A DNA stretch of 64,000 nucleotides from Elusimicrobiaceae bacterium (GTDB taxonomy: Bacteria > Elusimicrobiota > Elusimicrobia > Elusimicrobiales > Elusimicrobiaceae): positions 28,085 to 92,084 of the forward strand of contig JAQVSV010000001.1 of the NCBI GenBank assembly GCA_028700325.1, written 5' to 3'. Shown here one piece after another: positions 62,378 through 64,000 of this stretch. The stretch's first letter is position 1, and each line of letters begins with the position of its first letter. The position numbers and the translations under genes are program-made. Below the pieces are notes generated by a model that was given only the letters and a program-made list of their open reading frames with translations, was not told the DNA's origin and ran no database searches.

Positions 62378-62431
62378 TTTTGCCGTCTTTTCAAATAACC
62401 GGCGACAGTAACCGGCGGATCCGCGCCCGGT

Positions 62432-63049
62432 TCACAGCGCGGCCAGAAAATCTTCCGCCGTGACGGCGCCTTGCCGCAGAAGCACCGGGGCAAGGCCGGT
62501 CAGATCGGCTACGGTGGATTCGGTTCCGTTCAATTGCCCGCCGGTCAGTATGATGTCAACCGCGCCGTCAAACCGGGCCAGCACGCCCGCTTCATCGGTC
62601 AGGGCGGGTGAGCCGGAGCTGTTCGCGCTCGTCTGAGCCAGCGGTTCGCCGATTGTCGCCAGCCAGCCGCGCAGCCGGCTGTGGCCCGGCACTCTCACAC
62701 CTATGCCCGCCGCGCCGCGCGCAAAGGCGGCCCAGCCGGGTGCGGGCGGCAGTATCAGGGTCAGCCGGCCGGGCCAGAACCGCGCGGCCAGCTTTTCCGC
62801 CGGAGCCGTGAACTGTGCAATTTTGCGCGCCGTCACGACCGAGCCGGCAAACACCGGCAGCGGTTTGCCGGGCGGGCGGTTTTTGAGCGCGTAGATCCGG
62901 GCGACGCTTTCCGCGCGCAGCGCGTTTGCGCCGAGCCCGTACACCGTGTCGGTCGGGAAAACCGCGAGCGCGCCGTCCCGCACCAGCCTCGCCGCTTCGG
63001 CCAGCGCGTCCGGCCCGGCCGTGTCAATATTAAGGATCAGTGTTTTCAT
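62432..63049 (-). CDS. tsaC: L-threonylcarbamoyladenylate synthase (TsaC/YrdC family)
   Basis: VFPTDTVYGLGANA and SANSSG motifs. 205 aa. Confidence 0.85.
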   Translation of the reverse strand: MKTLILNIDTAGPDALAEAARLVRDGALAVFPTDTVYGLGANALRAESVARIYALKNRPPGKPLPVFAGSVVTARKIAQFTAPAEKLAARFWPGRLTLILPPAPGWAAFARGAAGIGVRVPGHSRLRGWLATIGEPLAQTSANSSGSPALTDEAGVLARFDGAVDIILTGGQLNGTESTVADLTGLAPVLLRQGAVTAEDFLAAL

Positions 63050-63734
63050 TGGTTTGCGTGTCCGCTTCCGCCGGCGCGCGCAGGATCAGGACTATTTCGC
63101 CTTTCACCCTGTCACGCCCGGTTATTTCCGCGGTTATCCGTGCCAGCGTGCCGCTCAGCCATTCTTCGTGTATTTTCGTGAGTTCGCGCGCCAGCACGGC
63201 TTGCGTGTCCGGCTCAATATTTTCGGACAGCAGGCGCAGCAGCCCGGCTATTTGGAAAGGCGATTCGTAGATAATTACCGGCTTTTCCAGCGCGAGCGCG
63301 TTTCTCACCGCCGTGACAGCCCGCGATTTGCGCTTGGGCAGGAACCCCAGAAACACAAACCCGCCGCCGCCCAGGCCCGCTCCCGCCAGCGCGGTCACCG
63401 CCGCGCAGGGACCGGGCATCGAAACTATCTTTATTCCTTCGCTGCGCGCCCGCGCCACCAGCTTCCAGCCGGGGTCGGAGATGCAGGGCGTGCCGGAGTC
63501 CGACACCAGTACCGCCACTTCGGTTTCGTGCAGCAGGCGCATGGCTTCGTCGAGCGATTTGCCGCTGTGTTCGTTATAGCGCAGCAGCCGCGCCTTGAGG
63601 CCGTAAGCGTCGGCCAGACGGCGCGTCATGCGGGTGTCTTCGCAGAAAATCAAACCCGCGGAACACAGAATATCAAGTGTTCTGCGGGTGATGTCGTCAA
63701 GATTGCCGATCGGGGTTGCCGCTATATACAGCAT
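63030..63734 (-). CDS. rsmI: 16S rRNA (cytidine1402-2'-O)-methyltransferase
   Basis: I place the start at ATG 63734 (MLYIAATPIGNLDDITRRTLDIL...IFCEDTR). GTPCISDPG motif. The longer ORF to 63977 overlaps the HD-GYP gene and is rejected. Confidence 0.86.
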   Translation of the reverse strand: MLYIAATPIGNLDDITRRTLDILCSAGLIFCEDTRMTRRLADAYGLKARLLRYNEHSGKSLDEAMRLLHETEVAVLVSDSGTPCISDPGWKLVARARSEGIKIVSMPGPCAAVTALAGAGLGGGGFVFLGFLPKRKSRAVTAVRNALALEKPVIIYESPFQIAGLLRLLSENIEPDTQAVLARELTKIHEEWLSGTLARITAEITGRDRVKGEIVLILRAPAEADTQTNENTDP

Positions 63735-64000
63735 TGGCCCTGGGTGTCGCGCCATTCCTTTTCTTCGAGCGCGAGAAACACGTCCACTATCGCCGGATCG
63801 AACTGGGTGCCAGCGCCGTTGCGCAGCTCGGCGATCGCGGTTTCGCGGGGCAGGGCGCGGCGGTAGGGCCGGTCCGAAACCATCGCGTCCCACGCGTCTA
63901 TGGCCGACACTATGCGCGAACCGAGCGGGATTTTTTCGCCCGCCAGCCCGGACGGATAGCCTTTGCCGTTGTACCATTCCTGATGGTGCAGGACCATGCG
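63722..64000 (-). CDS. HD-GYP domain protein, C-terminal part (5' end outside window)
   Basis: HHQEWYNGKGYPSGLAGEKIPLGSRIVSAIDAWDAMVSDRPYR is the HD-GYP signature. The frame stays open to the window edge. Confidence 0.7.
   Translation of the reverse strand, partial: RMVLHHQEWYNGKGYPSGLAGEKIPLGSRIVSAIDAWDAMVSDRPYRRALPRETAIAELRNGAGTQFDPAIVDVFLALEEKEWRDTQGQCCI

Noticed and set aside
1-64000. CRISPR arrays, rRNA genes, intact prophage or integrase genes, toxin-antitoxin or restriction-type defence cassettes.
   Set aside because: I found none. There are no regularly spaced short direct repeats, no rRNA-like conserved blocks and no recognisable integrase, Cas or restriction motifs in any listed ORF. 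The secreted PLD-family protein has a signal peptide and looks like a lipid or phosphodiester hydrolase rather than a defence nuclease.

Overview
High-GC (roughly 60-65% by eye) gene-dense bacterial chromosome. The host is probably an anaerobic diderm from a poorly characterised lineage: it has ptb-buk, an FTR-type ferredoxin/disulfide module, a TM1266-type Fe-only-hydrogenase regulator and PorV-like barrels. I support about 45 protein genes, 2 tRNAs (Met-CAU, Glu-CUC), one decayed IS30-family transposase remnant and several terminators and promoter candidates. I see no rRNA and no CRISPR array.

The window is dominated by a single uninterrupted 18,045-nt ORF (26863-44907, 6,014 codons). It encodes a mosaic secreted giant protein that ends in a T9SS-type/FlgD-Ig-like sorting domain. 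The ORF sits in a tight same-strand block:
- FecR-domain protein
- orphan beta-barrel
- giant cargo
- PorV/PorQ-like barrel
- LtaS-like sulfatase
- polyprenyl-P-sugar synthase fused to a methyltransferase
- ManC-like protein
- 651-aa polytopic membrane protein

I read this block as a candidate self-contained giant-adhesin export, anchoring and glycosylation locus. It is the most likely undescribed system here. It lies directly next to tRNA-Glu and the IS30 relic.

Secondary items:
- a duplicated ~180-200 nt structured intergenic element (12098-12278 and 59575-59774) of unknown class
- a promoter-plus-terminator-bounded ~310-nt candidate ncRNA in a very AT-rich island (20060-20650)
- a glutaredoxin plus FTR-rubredoxin fusion pair, possibly leaderless
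- a LMW-PTP::GlyA read-through fusion
- a BCCP-like protein lacking the canonical biotinyl-lysine motif
- an Spt-like/GNAT pair suggestive of sphingolipid synthesis

All functional calls come from motif recognition by eye. No database search was run.
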